The notes under the pieces were generated by a model. It was not told the DNA's origin. It saw only the letters and a list, made by a program, of their open reading frames with translations, and ran no database searches. A stretch of DNA of 64,000 nt from an uncultured Dokdonia sp. (GTDB lineage Bacteria > Bacteroidota > Bacteroidia > Flavobacteriales > Flavobacteriaceae), in assembly GCF_937910895.1 (NCBI RefSeq), contig NZ_CALEMI010000138.1, forward strand, positions 5,280-69,279. The letters run 5' to 3'. The position numbers were made by a program, and so were the translations under genes. Positions within the stretch are counted from its first letter, which is position 1. Every line of letters starts with the position of its first letter. This document shows, one piece after another, positions 1-9,512 of the stretch.

Positions 1-2150
1 GCTATATGAGTAACATTGGCTGGAATTGTAATACTTGTTAATTGGTTATTACGAAAGCCTTGCCCACCTATAGACACCAAATTATTGGGTAATATAACAC
101 TCGTTAATTGGTTATTGCGAAAACTACTTGCTCCAATACTCACTATCGTATTAGGAAGGATCACACTTGTTAAATCGCTAGCATCAAACGCGCTACCTCC
201 TATTGCGGTGACTGTAAAATCTGAATCACCACTACTAACCATAGCATCAATAACAAGGTCCTGAGGAACAGCGATTCCTCCTGTAATCGTCACTTCATTA
301 GGGGATATTGATGAAACCGTGTAGTTCAAATTATTTTCAGTAAAGATGTCTCCCTCTTCAAAATTAATCACTCCATTTACCGAATTAAAATTTACCCAAC
401 CCACAGCTTCATAAGCTGCTTCTGTGCCTTCTGGGACTGTTAAGTCTATGTTATTTTCGTTACTAAAAGAATCGTTACTAGTTCCTAAAACAACACTAGG
501 TGGTGTTGGATTTAAAGAGTTAATACTATTTAAAGTCGAATTATTAAAAGCAAGTTGACCAATACTTACTACATTTTCTGGCAGTAGAAGACTTGCCAAT
601 TCATTATTTTCGAAAGACCTAAAACCTATTGTTTCCAAGCTACTTGGAAATGTAACACTCGTTAAATCATTGCTGGAAAAACACCTGTTAGGTACGTCTG
701 TAACCCCTTCTGGTATAACTACAGAAGTAAGTGCATTAAATCGAAATGCCTCAGTACCTATAGCGCGGATCGTAGTAGGAAAAGTTACACTTGTCAAACC
801 AGAAGATTCAAAAGCTCCATCGCCAATACCCACGACAGTAAAGCTAACATCTTGGATTAATACGGCTTCAGGAATTATTAAATTGGTTGGTATGGTAGTT
901 CCTCCCGCTGCTTCAACTTCTGTAGGATCTAAGGCTGTAACCGTGTAGGAAAATCCACCAACCTCTAATGTATTTCCTACTTCTAGTGGTAATTCTCCAT
1001 TGATCGTTGCAAATCCTGTCCATCCATTATTAAGATAGTCTAGTTGTGTGCCTGATGGTATGGTTAAATCGATATTACTTCGTACCCCAAAAGAATCGGT
1101 AGTTACGTCTGTCGTGATATTTGCAGGAGTGCTTCCCAAAGCAGTAACCGCAACGAGCGGATTACCTAGAAATGCTCGAAAAGCGACAAGGCTTACATTC
1201 TCTGGAATAGTAATACTCGTTAATTGATTATTACGAAATGCCTGCCCTTCTATCGTTGTGATTGTATTAGGCAACGAAACACTTGTTAAACCATTAGAAA
1301 TAAACGCACTACTTCCTACAGCAGTAACTACAAAATCTGATCCTCCGTTGCTCACAGTTTCATTGATTGTGAGATTTTGAGGAACTGAATTCCCCCCTGT
1401 AACGCTCACTTCATTAGGAGATAATGAGGTTACCGTGTAATTCAAATTATTTTCGATAAAGGTATCACCTACTTCAAAGTTAACCACTCCATTCACTGAA
1501 TTAAAACCTACCCAACCTGCTGCTTCATAAGCCGCTTCTGTGCTATCTGGTACAGTTAAATCTATATTTCCTTCATTAGCAAAAGAGTCATTGCTTCCTC
1601 CTATAGCAATACTTGGCGGCATAGGATTTAAAGAGTTAATAGCATTTAATGGAGAACTTTTAAAAGCTAATTGTGAAATGTTCGTAATATTTTCTGGTAA
1701 AACAAGATTTGTAAGGTCATTATTTTCAAAAGATCTAAAACCAATCGTTTCAAGGCTATTAGGTAAGGTAACACTTGTTAAATCATTATTAGAGAAACAA
1801 CGTTGTGGGATATCAGTTATTCCCTCTGGTATAACCACTGTCGTTAAAGCGTTAAAACGAAATGTTACTTGACCCAAATCCCGTAGTGTACTGGGAAAGC
1901 TCACACTCGTTAAGCCTACGCTTTCAAAGGCAGCATTTGCTATAGCTACTACCGTAAAAGTATCTACCCCATCTGATACGGTTGCAGGTATGATTAAACT
2001 GGAAATAGCAGTAGTACTTCCTGTGAGTGTTACCTCGTTAGGGTTGATAGCTATTACCTCGTAGTTTAACCCATCTGCTGTAAAGGTGGTTTGCGCAAAA
2101 CTCGTTGCAGCTACTAAAAAAAAAACGAAATTTAATAAGTGTTGTTTCAT
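1..2150 (-). CDS. BspA-type leucine-rich repeat (LRR_5) surface protein, 3' end outside window
   Basis: Absent from the ORF track because it has no stop in the window. Translated by hand at both ends and over the 5' part: MKQHLLNFVFFLVAATSFAQ signal peptide, repeats such as LTSVTLPNSLETIGFRSFENN; same frame at position 3 (FRNNQLTSITIPANVTHI). Confidence 0.9.
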   Translation of the reverse strand, partial: MKQHLLNFVFFLVAATSFAQTTFTADGLNYEVIAINPNEVTLTGSTTAISSLIIPATVSDGVDTFTVVAIANAAFESVGLTSVSFPSTLRDLGQVTFRFNALTTVVIPEGITDIPQRCFSNNDLTSVTLPNSLETIGFRSFENNDLTNLVLPENITNISQLAFKSSPLNAINSLNPMPPSIAIGGSNDSFANEGNIDLTVPDSTEAAYEAAGWVGFNSVNGVVNFEVGDTFIENNLNYTVTSLSPNEVSVTGGNSVPQNLTINETVSNGGSDFVVTAVGSSAFISNGLTSVSLPNTITTIEGQAFRNNQLTSITIPENVSLVAFRAFLGNPLVAVTALGSTPANITTDVTTDSFGVRSNIDLTIPSGTQLDYLNNGWTGFATINGELPLEVGNTLEVGGFSYTVTALDPTEVEAAGGTTIPTNLIIPEAVLIQDVSFTVVGIGDGAFESSGLTSVTFPTTIRAIGTEAFRFNALTSVVIPEGVTDVPNRCFSSNDLTSVTFPSSLETIGFRSFENNELASLLLPENVVSIGQLAFNNSTLNSINSLNPTPPSVVLGTSNDSFSNENNIDLTVPEGTEAAYEAVGWVNFNSVNGVINFEEGDIFTENNLNYTVSSISPNEVTITGGIAVPQDLVIDAMVSSGDSDFTVTAIGGSAFDASDLTSVILPNTIVSIGASSFRNNQLTSVILPNNLVSIGGQGFRNNQLTSITIPANVTHI
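2116..2125 (-). repeat. T10 homopolymer in the signal-peptide codons of the LRR gene
   Basis: A10 on + strand; reads GTT TTT TTT TTA in frame. Confidence 0.9.
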
Positions 2151-2440
2151 GTTATAATGCTTTGTTATGTATGTGATGCAATACTAAGGTCTAGGTGCTT
2201 TTATATAAAAAAAATATAACTGAAGATGAAAAAACGACCCTAAACAGGAATATTAGAACTTGGCAATTCTTCTTCTTGATTGTATCTATTTAATGTGTGT
2301 TAAAACAGGGGTAAAAATACTTTTAGCTACGATATAAGGCTGTCACAATACCGCACAATGCTAGTACAAAACCGACATATTACATACAGTTTTGCATTTT
2401 TAATACGTTTGTATCTGTGTGTACTTTTTAAGAATATGTA

Positions 2441-4102
2441 TTAGGAAATAGCGATGCCTGTTGGCGTAAAGCCAAACTCTTTTTTAAAGCATTTTGTGAA
2501 ATAGGAAGGGCTAGAAAATCCACATAAAAATGCGATTTCAGCTACTGTATACCTATGATGTGTCAATGCCTCTTTGGCTTTACTCAAACGTGTACACGTA
2601 ATCAGTTGTCCTGGTGATTTGCCTGTTGCTTCTTTTACCTTGCGCTGTAACTGGCGCTCACTCATCCCAAGACTTTTCGTGAGCATTTCTACACCAAAAG
2701 AAGAATTATCAATGTGCTGATGTATAATCGTGATGAGGTCTTCTAAGAACGAATCATATTTAGAAAAACTACTTGAGTGTGCTAACAATGATACATTCTC
2801 AACGCTATCTGTATTACTTACTTGGTAGAGCTTACACAAGGCTCCAAAAGTATAGTGTAATATAGACGTTTCTTCTGTAAAGTGAAATTTTGATCCCGAT
2901 AGCAAGTGCTTAATGGTTTGTGTTATGATGAGGTTATGAGATACAGAATGAGGAAGTATTGTGTTATACATATACACATCCCTCCTATCTATACTGTATC
3001 CATCTGCTAAACAGTCTTCTTTAGCATAGAGTCCTAAATTTAAGTAGTTATTTTCATGTTGAAAACTATCTAGTATATCGAGACCACTCTGTACGGCTTT
3101 TCCCGGAACCTTAAAACCTGCGATAAAACGTTCATCATCTATATCTAATAGGATCCCAGAATGTTTAGCAATACATTGTTTTATAGCTGTAGATTTTGTT
3201 CTTCCCAATGAGGTAGCGATCACTTTACCAAATAGTATCGTGATGAGTCCTTTTTTAGGTGTTGCACTGGGTGTTAGTCCTTTAATAAAATCTTTTAGTT
3301 CATCCAACACTTCTCGTGTATTTCCTGCCCAAAAAAGGTGGTCATTCCCATCAAACTCCACAAATTTTGCCCCTTTAATATGTTTTGCAATAAACCGACC
3401 TTCTTCAATTTTTACATCAATGTCATGGGTGCGTTGCATGAGAAGGGTAGGTACTTTTATATACTCTAAAATATCGATGATATTTACTTGTGTATTCATC
3501 TTGGTAAGCTGCATCGCTGCTTGAGGGCTTGCGCCAGATCTAAAATAACTCGCTAACCAACCCATAAATTGTGGGTCATTGGCTTTAGAAGGTGCTAGCG
3601 TTTCTAGATTCATTTGACCACTCCCCCAACTATTCTCAATCATGTCATATACTTTCTGACGCTCGGCATCTGTGGGTGCCCAAGGGTAGTCTGCAGAATA
3701 GCGTCGCTTCGCAAAAATTCCAAAAGCTGTCAATGCCAAGACCCGATTAGGATAGGTAGCACTAAATAAGGCAGACACACTCCCGCCTTCAGAGTGTCCA
3801 AATAGCACAGCTTTTTCAGATCTTGTAGCATCCATGACTGCCTTGATATCTTCCATGCGTTCTTCTAAGGTAGAGATCTCCACAACACGATCTGAAAGTC
3901 CCGTACCTCGCTTATCAAAAAGGATCACTCTGGCTACCTTCCCTAATTCTTGGAAAAAATTGACTAACTCAGGACACGCCCACATCCAATCAATATTAGA
4001 AACCCATCCTGGGATATACACCAAATCGATAGGTCCTGAACCAAAAACTTGGTAGGCAATATTAATGTTTCCGCTTTTTGTGTATTGTATAGAGGGTTTC
4101 AT
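2441..4102 (-). CDS. alpha/beta hydrolase + degenerate class III cyclase-like domain + AraC HTH
   Basis: GHSEGG nucleophile motif and GNDH His; middle segment resembles a cyclase fold lacking catalytic Asp; C-terminal AEIAFLCGFSSPSYFTKCFKKEFGFTP. Confidence 0.85.
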   Translation of the reverse strand: MKPSIQYTKSGNINIAYQVFGSGPIDLVYIPGWVSNIDWMWACPELVNFFQELGKVARVILFDKRGTGLSDRVVEISTLEERMEDIKAVMDATRSEKAVLFGHSEGGSVSALFSATYPNRVLALTAFGIFAKRRYSADYPWAPTDAERQKVYDMIENSWGSGQMNLETLAPSKANDPQFMGWLASYFRSGASPQAAMQLTKMNTQVNIIDILEYIKVPTLLMQRTHDIDVKIEEGRFIAKHIKGAKFVEFDGNDHLFWAGNTREVLDELKDFIKGLTPSATPKKGLITILFGKVIATSLGRTKSTAIKQCIAKHSGILLDIDDERFIAGFKVPGKAVQSGLDILDSFQHENNYLNLGLYAKEDCLADGYSIDRRDVYMYNTILPHSVSHNLIITQTIKHLLSGSKFHFTEETSILHYTFGALCKLYQVSNTDSVENVSLLAHSSSFSKYDSFLEDLITIIHQHIDNSSFGVEMLTKSLGMSERQLQRKVKEATGKSPGQLITCTRLSKAKEALTHHRYTVAEIAFLCGFSSPSYFTKCFKKEFGFTPTGIAIS

Positions 4103-4350
4103 AAAAGTGCCTTTTGCTCGTTTGTGCCCCTTATTTTATTCTTCTACATCCATTAAAAATAAATGTAAAATATAAGTGTTTCGGACTTTTTTAAGACAAT
4201 AACAAAGTAACTGTAGTTGAGCTTACAAGTCAAACAAACTAGGGTAGCAAAAAGGTAGCAACATCTTTAAATCGCTTATAACCAGCGGTATATAACTATT
4301 CAGTCCAATCGCAATATAAAAACCTTGCTATAGGTATTCAGGTTTGGTGC

Positions 4351-4364
4351 GCTTTCGCGAAAGC
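4351..4364. repeat. GCTTTCGCGAAAGC palindrome copy 1 (intergenic)
   Basis: Perfect 14-mer. Confidence 0.9.
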
Positions 4365-4497
4365 GTATAAAAACACTATTCTCTTAAGATCATTAAGAAG
4401 TAGCGTCTTGATGATCAGAAAATAATCCTCGAGGCAAGTCCATGAGGCATTCAATAGAATATTTTTTTTAGTTTCCGAAGCATGCTTCAAAGTATTA

Positions 4498-4540
4498 GAT
4501 CCCTCTATTTACTGAAACAAGTTCAGTAAATAGAGGGATC
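4498..4540 (-). terminator. 19-bp perfect hairpin, probable terminator
   Basis: GATCCCTCTATTTACTGAA-acaag-TTCAGTAAATAGAGGGATC, downstream of the LuxR-type pseudogene. Confidence 0.55.
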
Positions 4541-4580
4541 AGTTCAACGAGCCATTTTAAATTTGTTGCTTCACAACTTT

Positions 4581-5210
4581 TTAAAACGGCGTCTCACTAA
4601 TAAAAGCAATAATATCTTGCTTAGAATCTAACCCGATTTTTTTACGAATACGATATCTAGAAGACTTTATAGCGGCTATCGTATTATTTTGAAGTTTACT
4701 AATTTCTGTTGTATTCAGTCCCATTTTCATCAAACACAACAATTCTTTTTCATTCGCTTTTAACTGTGGAAAATGCGTATCTAATACTACTTTAAAGTCG
4801 ATACTTATCTCATCGAGATACGCTTGAAGTGTAGAGGATGTTTTTTGAGATACTTTCTCTGAAAGTAGTGAGGCAGACAGGGACCGTAATGTTGCCTGGC
4901 GTTCTTTCTCATTTTCTAACGAGATCACCTGTTTGATCTCATCCAATGTATTTTTTATAATTTCTTCGCGTACAGAATTTTCTACCACCACTTTTTTTAG
5001 CTCACGTTCCCGATTTACTAGGGCAAGATCTGCTTTTAATTTTTCGACTCCTGCCTCTTATGTCTCATTTGCGGCGGGATTCTAATAGAATCTGAACTAG
5101 CTTATTGTACTTGTAACTTAAATGCAATGGCGATACTATCGTTTTCCTGTGTAGATGCAGAAAAAGAAATGATAAAAAATACGATGATTATGATACGCTT
5201 TACTAGCTTT
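4581..5210 (-). pseudogene. internally deleted membrane-anchored LuxR-type (probably TPR-LuxR) regulator
   Basis: C-terminal HTH intact (EKELLCLMKMGLNTTEISKL..IKSSRYRIRKKIGL), frame open only to a stop at 5058-5060 with no ATG. A signal-peptide-like fragment (RIIIIVFFIISFSASTQENDS..VQ*ASSDSIRI) lies upstream in another frame. Confidence 0.65.
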
Positions 5211-5272
5211 TAAATACCTTATTCTTACTTTTTATAACCTATGTATAGCTATTCTTATTAGCTATAAAAGTA

Positions 5273-6337
5273 TTAAAGCCATTTTCTCTTTTTAAAATAA
5301 AATAACATGGCTAAGGTTAGGAAAAACATCACTCCCCACATGACAAAATAGCTGTATTTATATTTTAATTCTGGAACAAAATCAAAGTTGGTTCCATAAA
5401 TACCTGCAATAAAGGTTAATGGTATAAAAATTACAGAAAATACCGTCAATAATTTCATGACATCATTCAGCTTAGAGCTTATGGTTGTATGATAAATATT
5501 TAATTGATCCGAAAGAATTTCTCGGTAACTATCTGAAGATTCTATCGCTTGATCAATATTTCCTACAAGCTCTTTAAAATGTACTAAACTTGCTTCATTT
5601 ATAAAATCGGACTCTATCTTAGAAAGCGCTAATATCATTTCCTTAGCAGGATTAATATTCTTTCTTAAAAAGTTAAGTTCTTTTTTTAACGAATTAATAT
5701 TTTCTAATATATCTCGGCTAGGATTGTCTAATAACTCATCTTCTAAGTCTTCTATTTTCTCCCCAAGATTACTGATAATAAAGATGTAGTTGTCTATTAC
5801 TATATCTAATAAAGCATACATTAAATAATCTGTTCCAGATTTTCTAATACGTCTTTTTTCATTTCTAATGCGCTCTCTTACAGGATCAAATACATCTCCA
5901 TCACGCTCTTGAAATGATAATAATACTGATTTTGTAAGAATGATACTTAAGTTTTCTACTGTAATTTCATAGGATGTCTCATCTTGTCTGAGCATTTTTA
6001 TAGATAATGCTACGCAATTATCATAATTATGCACTTTGGGACGTGCTTGCGTATCCATTACATCTGCTAGAATTAAATTATCTAACTTGAAGGTCATCGC
6101 AATATTCTTTAGGGCATCTGCATTGTGTAACCCATCAATATTAAACCAAGTAACTGAATTACTATCTCTATATTTAATAACTTCTTTGGTTTTTGATAAT
6201 TTTACCTCTTCATAGTTACTAGCGTCAAAATCAATGATTTTTAATCTTACACTAGCTATTTTCTTTTCTCCACGAAAGAATAACTCATCAGGGGGTCTTC
6301 CTATTTCGTCTCTTTTCTTTTTTGTAAATCTTGCCAT
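5273..6337 (-). CDS. corA: magnesium/cobalt transporter CorA
   Basis: Two C-terminal TM helices with GIYGTNF (GMN-like) and PELKYKYSY; WFNIDGLH N-terminal motif. Confidence 0.92.
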   Translation of the reverse strand: MARFTKKKRDEIGRPPDELFFRGEKKIASVRLKIIDFDASNYEEVKLSKTKEVIKYRDSNSVTWFNIDGLHNADALKNIAMTFKLDNLILADVMDTQARPKVHNYDNCVALSIKMLRQDETSYEITVENLSIILTKSVLLSFQERDGDVFDPVRERIRNEKRRIRKSGTDYLMYALLDIVIDNYIFIISNLGEKIEDLEDELLDNPSRDILENINSLKKELNFLRKNINPAKEMILALSKIESDFINEASLVHFKELVGNIDQAIESSDSYREILSDQLNIYHTTISSKLNDVMKLLTVFSVIFIPLTFIAGIYGTNFDFVPELKYKYSYFVMWGVMFFLTLAMLFYFKKRKWL

Positions 6338-6529
6338 TAACTATTTATTATTTTGTTTCTGTTCTTCTACAAGATAATTTGTTTTATGAAACTATTCAAA
6401 ACTGTTGGTAGAAAAGTAATTAAAAGTAACTATGTAAAAGAAAAATTACACATTAAAAAAGCTGAACAATATGATCATTATTCAGCTTTAATATAAAGTT
6501 TGCTATTTAGAATTTACAACAAAAATAGG

Positions 6530-6892
6530 TTATAATTGTTTTAAAGATATAATCGTGTTTACACTTGTAAGGATGTCTTCATCATCTTCATCTGGTACGT
6601 TTTCTGTAGAAAAAGTAAGCTCAAATGTTTTACCTACCAAAGCTTTTGTTGTAAGATCATACATCTTTTTTACTTCATCAGTTATTTTATCAAAGGTCAT
6701 TTTATCTTCCACTCCGTCTTCATCCTTGTAGCTAAATGTATATACATCACCTACCATACCTAAATAAACGGCTTTTACAGTAGTAAGTGAGCTTTCTTCT
6801 TCAAATTCGTCATCGTCTTCTTGAGCTACAGCGCTGTAGTTACAAAATAAGAATGCAATTAAAAATAACGGTACTAATTTTAATGTTTTCAT
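6530..6892 (-). CDS. small acidic secreted hypothetical protein
   Basis: Signal peptide ending AVA-Q, Asp/Glu-rich; motif promoter upstream. Confidence 0.8.
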   Translation of the reverse strand: MKTLKLVPLFLIAFLFCNYSAVAQEDDDEFEEESSLTTVKAVYLGMVGDVYTFSYKDEDGVEDKMTFDKITDEVKKMYDLTTKALVGKTFELTFSTENVPDEDDEDILTSVNTIISLKQL

Positions 6893-6960
6893 GATGTATA
6901 GGTATTTATGTTATTTTATTTTTCTTCCCAAAATCGTCTATTGCTATTGGGCTACATTTT

Positions 6961-6988
6961 TAAGACACTAAAAGTAGTATAAGGTCAC
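6961..6988 (-). promoter_or_regulatory. putative ECF-sigma promoter, site 1
   Basis: GTGAC-N17-GTCTTA, about 70 bp before the 6892 start. Confidence 0.7.
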
Positions 6989-6999
6989 ATTTTTTTTTT

Positions 7000-7013
7000 G
7001 CTTTCGCGAAAGC
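7000..7013. repeat. palindrome copy 2 (intergenic)
   Basis: Perfect 14-mer next to promoter site 1. Confidence 0.9.
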
Positions 7014-7118
7014 GTACCCAGCATAAACCCCAAATCATCTAGTGATACTCGTAAACCTATTTTCATAGGATTACTTATAACAACCATACTCTAGGATGTT
7101 TTTGCTTTATACTTTTTG

Positions 7119-8339
7119 TTAGCTTTTTATTTTGAGCGCCTTTTTCTTGTTATTCAATTGAAGACACTTTTCTGTAATAACAATCCAGAAAGGACTAATG
7201 ACGAGTGTAAGCGATATCAAACTAATCGTAAACTTATAGCCATAATCAGCAATGATACCTAAACTTAACGCTGTAGAGCTTAATAAAAAACTAAGTTCTC
7301 CTATCTGAGCTAGTAAAGCACCTCCTAACAAGGCTTCTTCCCAAGTACAGGAAAAGAAGCGTAAAATGACAGAATTCAAAAAATGGTTTGTTACATACAC
7401 AACCACTAAGACGAGTAAAATTGTAGACAAATGCTCTTCTAGAAAAACAAGGTCAATTTGTAAGCCTACACTTATAAAAAAGAAGGATACAAATAATACT
7501 CTAAAGGAATGTAATGTATCATGAATCCAATCTGTTTCTTTTGCCGCATTGATAATCATACCTCCTACAAAAGCACCAAGCGCTCCAGACAAGCCAAAGA
7601 GTAACGTGAATAAAGCACCTCCAAAACAGAGAAAAATTGCCATAAACACCTGTAGCTCATAATCACTTTCAATATGCTTTGCAAATGGAATATGCAGGCG
7701 TCCTTTTACATATATATAAATAAGCGTTGCCACAACCATAGTTGCCCCAATAATCATCAAAACAAGACTTTGAGTAGACTGTTCTTTTCCTCCCAATTGA
7801 GAGATGATAATTAACAAGGGGACTAAAGCTACATCTTGAGCTAATAAAATGCTCAATACGTTTTTACCTACTTTAGTCGTAATAAGCTGTTTGTCTTGAA
7901 GCAGTTTTATAACTACAGCAGAGCTGCTTAAGGCGATTACAAAACCTAGCACTATAGAACGTGCATAGGTCCAATCTATAAAATAACCGATAGTTAAAAC
8001 GATAATGACACTAAAAGATATTTGTGCTAATGTGCCTAAGACAGCAACCCTCCATCGTTTTACAAAATCAATAATATTAATTTCCATCCCTATAAAAAAG
8101 AGAAGGAGTATAATACCTAGTTCGCCTAATAAGTAAATAGATTCTTTATCTTCTATAAAACCAGCTCCATGCTCACCTAAAAGTACTCCTGTAATTATAT
8201 ACCCTATAATGTAGGTTTGATTGAATTTACGCAACACCATACTTAAACCAATAACGACTAACGCAAGGATAGATACCAAAATGATAATCCCATCAATAGC
8301 AGTAGAAGAAGTTAAAAGTGTTAAGAAGTATAAATTCAT
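7119..8339 (-). CDS. cation:proton antiporter, CPA2/Kef family
   Basis: About 12 TM; GELGIILLLFFIGME, LSSSAVVIKLL, QDVA, QIGELSF motifs. Confidence 0.9.
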   Translation of the reverse strand: MNLYFLTLLTSSTAIDGIIILVSILALVVIGLSMVLRKFNQTYIIGYIITGVLLGEHGAGFIEDKESIYLLGELGIILLLFFIGMEINIIDFVKRWRVAVLGTLAQISFSVIIVLTIGYFIDWTYARSIVLGFVIALSSSAVVIKLLQDKQLITTKVGKNVLSILLAQDVALVPLLIIISQLGGKEQSTQSLVLMIIGATMVVATLIYIYVKGRLHIPFAKHIESDYELQVFMAIFLCFGGALFTLLFGLSGALGAFVGGMIINAAKETDWIHDTLHSFRVLFVSFFFISVGLQIDLVFLEEHLSTILLVLVVVYVTNHFLNSVILRFFSCTWEEALLGGALLAQIGELSFLLSSTALSLGIIADYGYKFTISLISLTLVISPFWIVITEKCLQLNNKKKALKIKS

Positions 8340-8407
8340 TGGTTTTTAAAATAGTATCTTTTTTGAGATTTGGCTATTAAAAAGCTATAGATCTAACTTA
8401 AATATAA

Positions 8408-9103
8408 TTAATCAATACTAATTTCATCTTTATGTGTTGTCGCCTCAAAAGATTCAATAAATTTTAAATCATGAAACCAGTATAAAGATGAAATGACTTC
8501 AAAAGTGATCGTATTGCCTTCTGATCCTATTTTTCTGATTTGCCAGATAATGTCTTTTGCCTCTGTAAATGTTTCTCCCTCTAACTCCTCTTTAAAAAGT
8601 CGATGAATAAGAGTGTTTACTGGCATCCCTTTAATAAGCAATCTTAAGATAGCCGCTTCATTTTCTCCTTCAAAAACAGCTAATTCATTGGCGTTTTTTG
8701 CTGTAATAGTTACTTGAAATTGTACAGCTTCTGGATGAGGAAATTTCCCATTATATGCTTGATATAGAAACTGTCCAACATTAAAGAATTCTTCATGCAT
8801 GGAAAGGTCTGCGTATTCTTCCCAGATTTTTTCTTCAATCATCTCGTGAGAGAGATTGTTCTTTTGCCCCTCATTTAATCGATCACCAAAAACATAGTCT
8901 AGCATTATTTTTGCAGCTTCATCTGGCTCATTATCTGTGAGCGCCATCATGCACATTTCTTTTAAATCTGATGGTGCAATTTCTGAAGTATCACCATATT
9001 CCATTTGATCTAGAAGAGCTATATACTTCTGGTCCGTCCAAGCATTTTGTAGTTCATGAATGGTTTTAAATTTAGTGATATCGACGTTAAATAGTGTTTT
9101 CAT
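8408..9103 (-). CDS. conserved hypothetical acidic protein
   Basis: 231-aa ORF in operon position upstream of the CPA2 gene. Confidence 0.8.
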   Translation of the reverse strand: MKTLFNVDITKFKTIHELQNAWTDQKYIALLDQMEYGDTSEIAPSDLKEMCMMALTDNEPDEAAKIMLDYVFGDRLNEGQKNNLSHEMIEEKIWEEYADLSMHEEFFNVGQFLYQAYNGKFPHPEAVQFQVTITAKNANELAVFEGENEAAILRLLIKGMPVNTLIHRLFKEELEGETFTEAKDIIWQIRKIGSEGNTITFEVISSLYWFHDLKFIESFEATTHKDEISID

Positions 9104-9136
9104 TTTCTATAATACTATAAATAGGTTACTGATTGT

Positions 9137-9164
9137 TATGACACATCACTTTTAGAAAAGTCAC
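9137..9164 (-). promoter_or_regulatory. putative ECF-sigma promoter, site 2
   Basis: GTGAC-N17-GTCATA, about 35 bp before the 9103 start. Confidence 0.65.
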
Positions 9165-9229
9165 AATGGGATAGTTTCTATAATTTTAAAATACAATTTA
9201 CTCTTGAAGTAGTGAAAGCTGTGTACGAT

Positions 9230-9249
9230 CCTACCTGCTGGCAGACAGG
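9230..9249. repeat. Bacteroidota REP-like imperfect palindrome
   Basis: CCTACCTGCTGGCAGACAGG; the minus strand folds with G:T pairs; resembles CCTGCCTGCCGGCAGGCAGG-type repeats as I recall them. Confidence 0.5.
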
Positions 9250-9474
9250 AGCGCGAAATCGAACTTGTGAGATTCACGACTATAGGGAGAACGAAGCGTT
9301 AAAGCGTATAAATAATTTTTGGAAAAAGCTGACTAGGTATTCAACCAAATATATGTTCTTAATCTCCAAAGCAAGTGATATAGGAGATGCTAATTTAAAA
9401 TCCTTAAAAACCTTCGCGCCCACTGAATCGCAAGATTCATTCAACTAGCTATATTGAATTTATTACTTCGTAAC

Positions 9475-9488
9475 GCTTTCGCGAAAGC
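9475..9488. repeat. palindrome copy 3 (intergenic)
   Basis: Perfect 14-mer. Confidence 0.9.
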
Positions 9489-9512
9489 GCACTATGAAAA
9501 ATACGCATACGA

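Noticed and set aside
16-1872. ORF-track + strand ORFs 16-264, 670-948, 1540-1872
   Set aside because: Antisense shadows of the repetitive LRR gene on the minus strand.
4191-4211. TAAGAC-N9-GTAAC here and TATGAC-N9-GTCAC at about 50066-50085 as island promoters
   Set aside because: The 9-nt spacer does not fit the 16-17 nt consensus.
9276-9290. ACGACTATAGGGAGA resembling a T7 promoter
   Set aside because: Lacks TAAT and the internal CAC; no phage or vector context.
9212-9448. 78-aa ORF
   Set aside because: GTG start, crosses a REP-like palindrome, no protein-like features.
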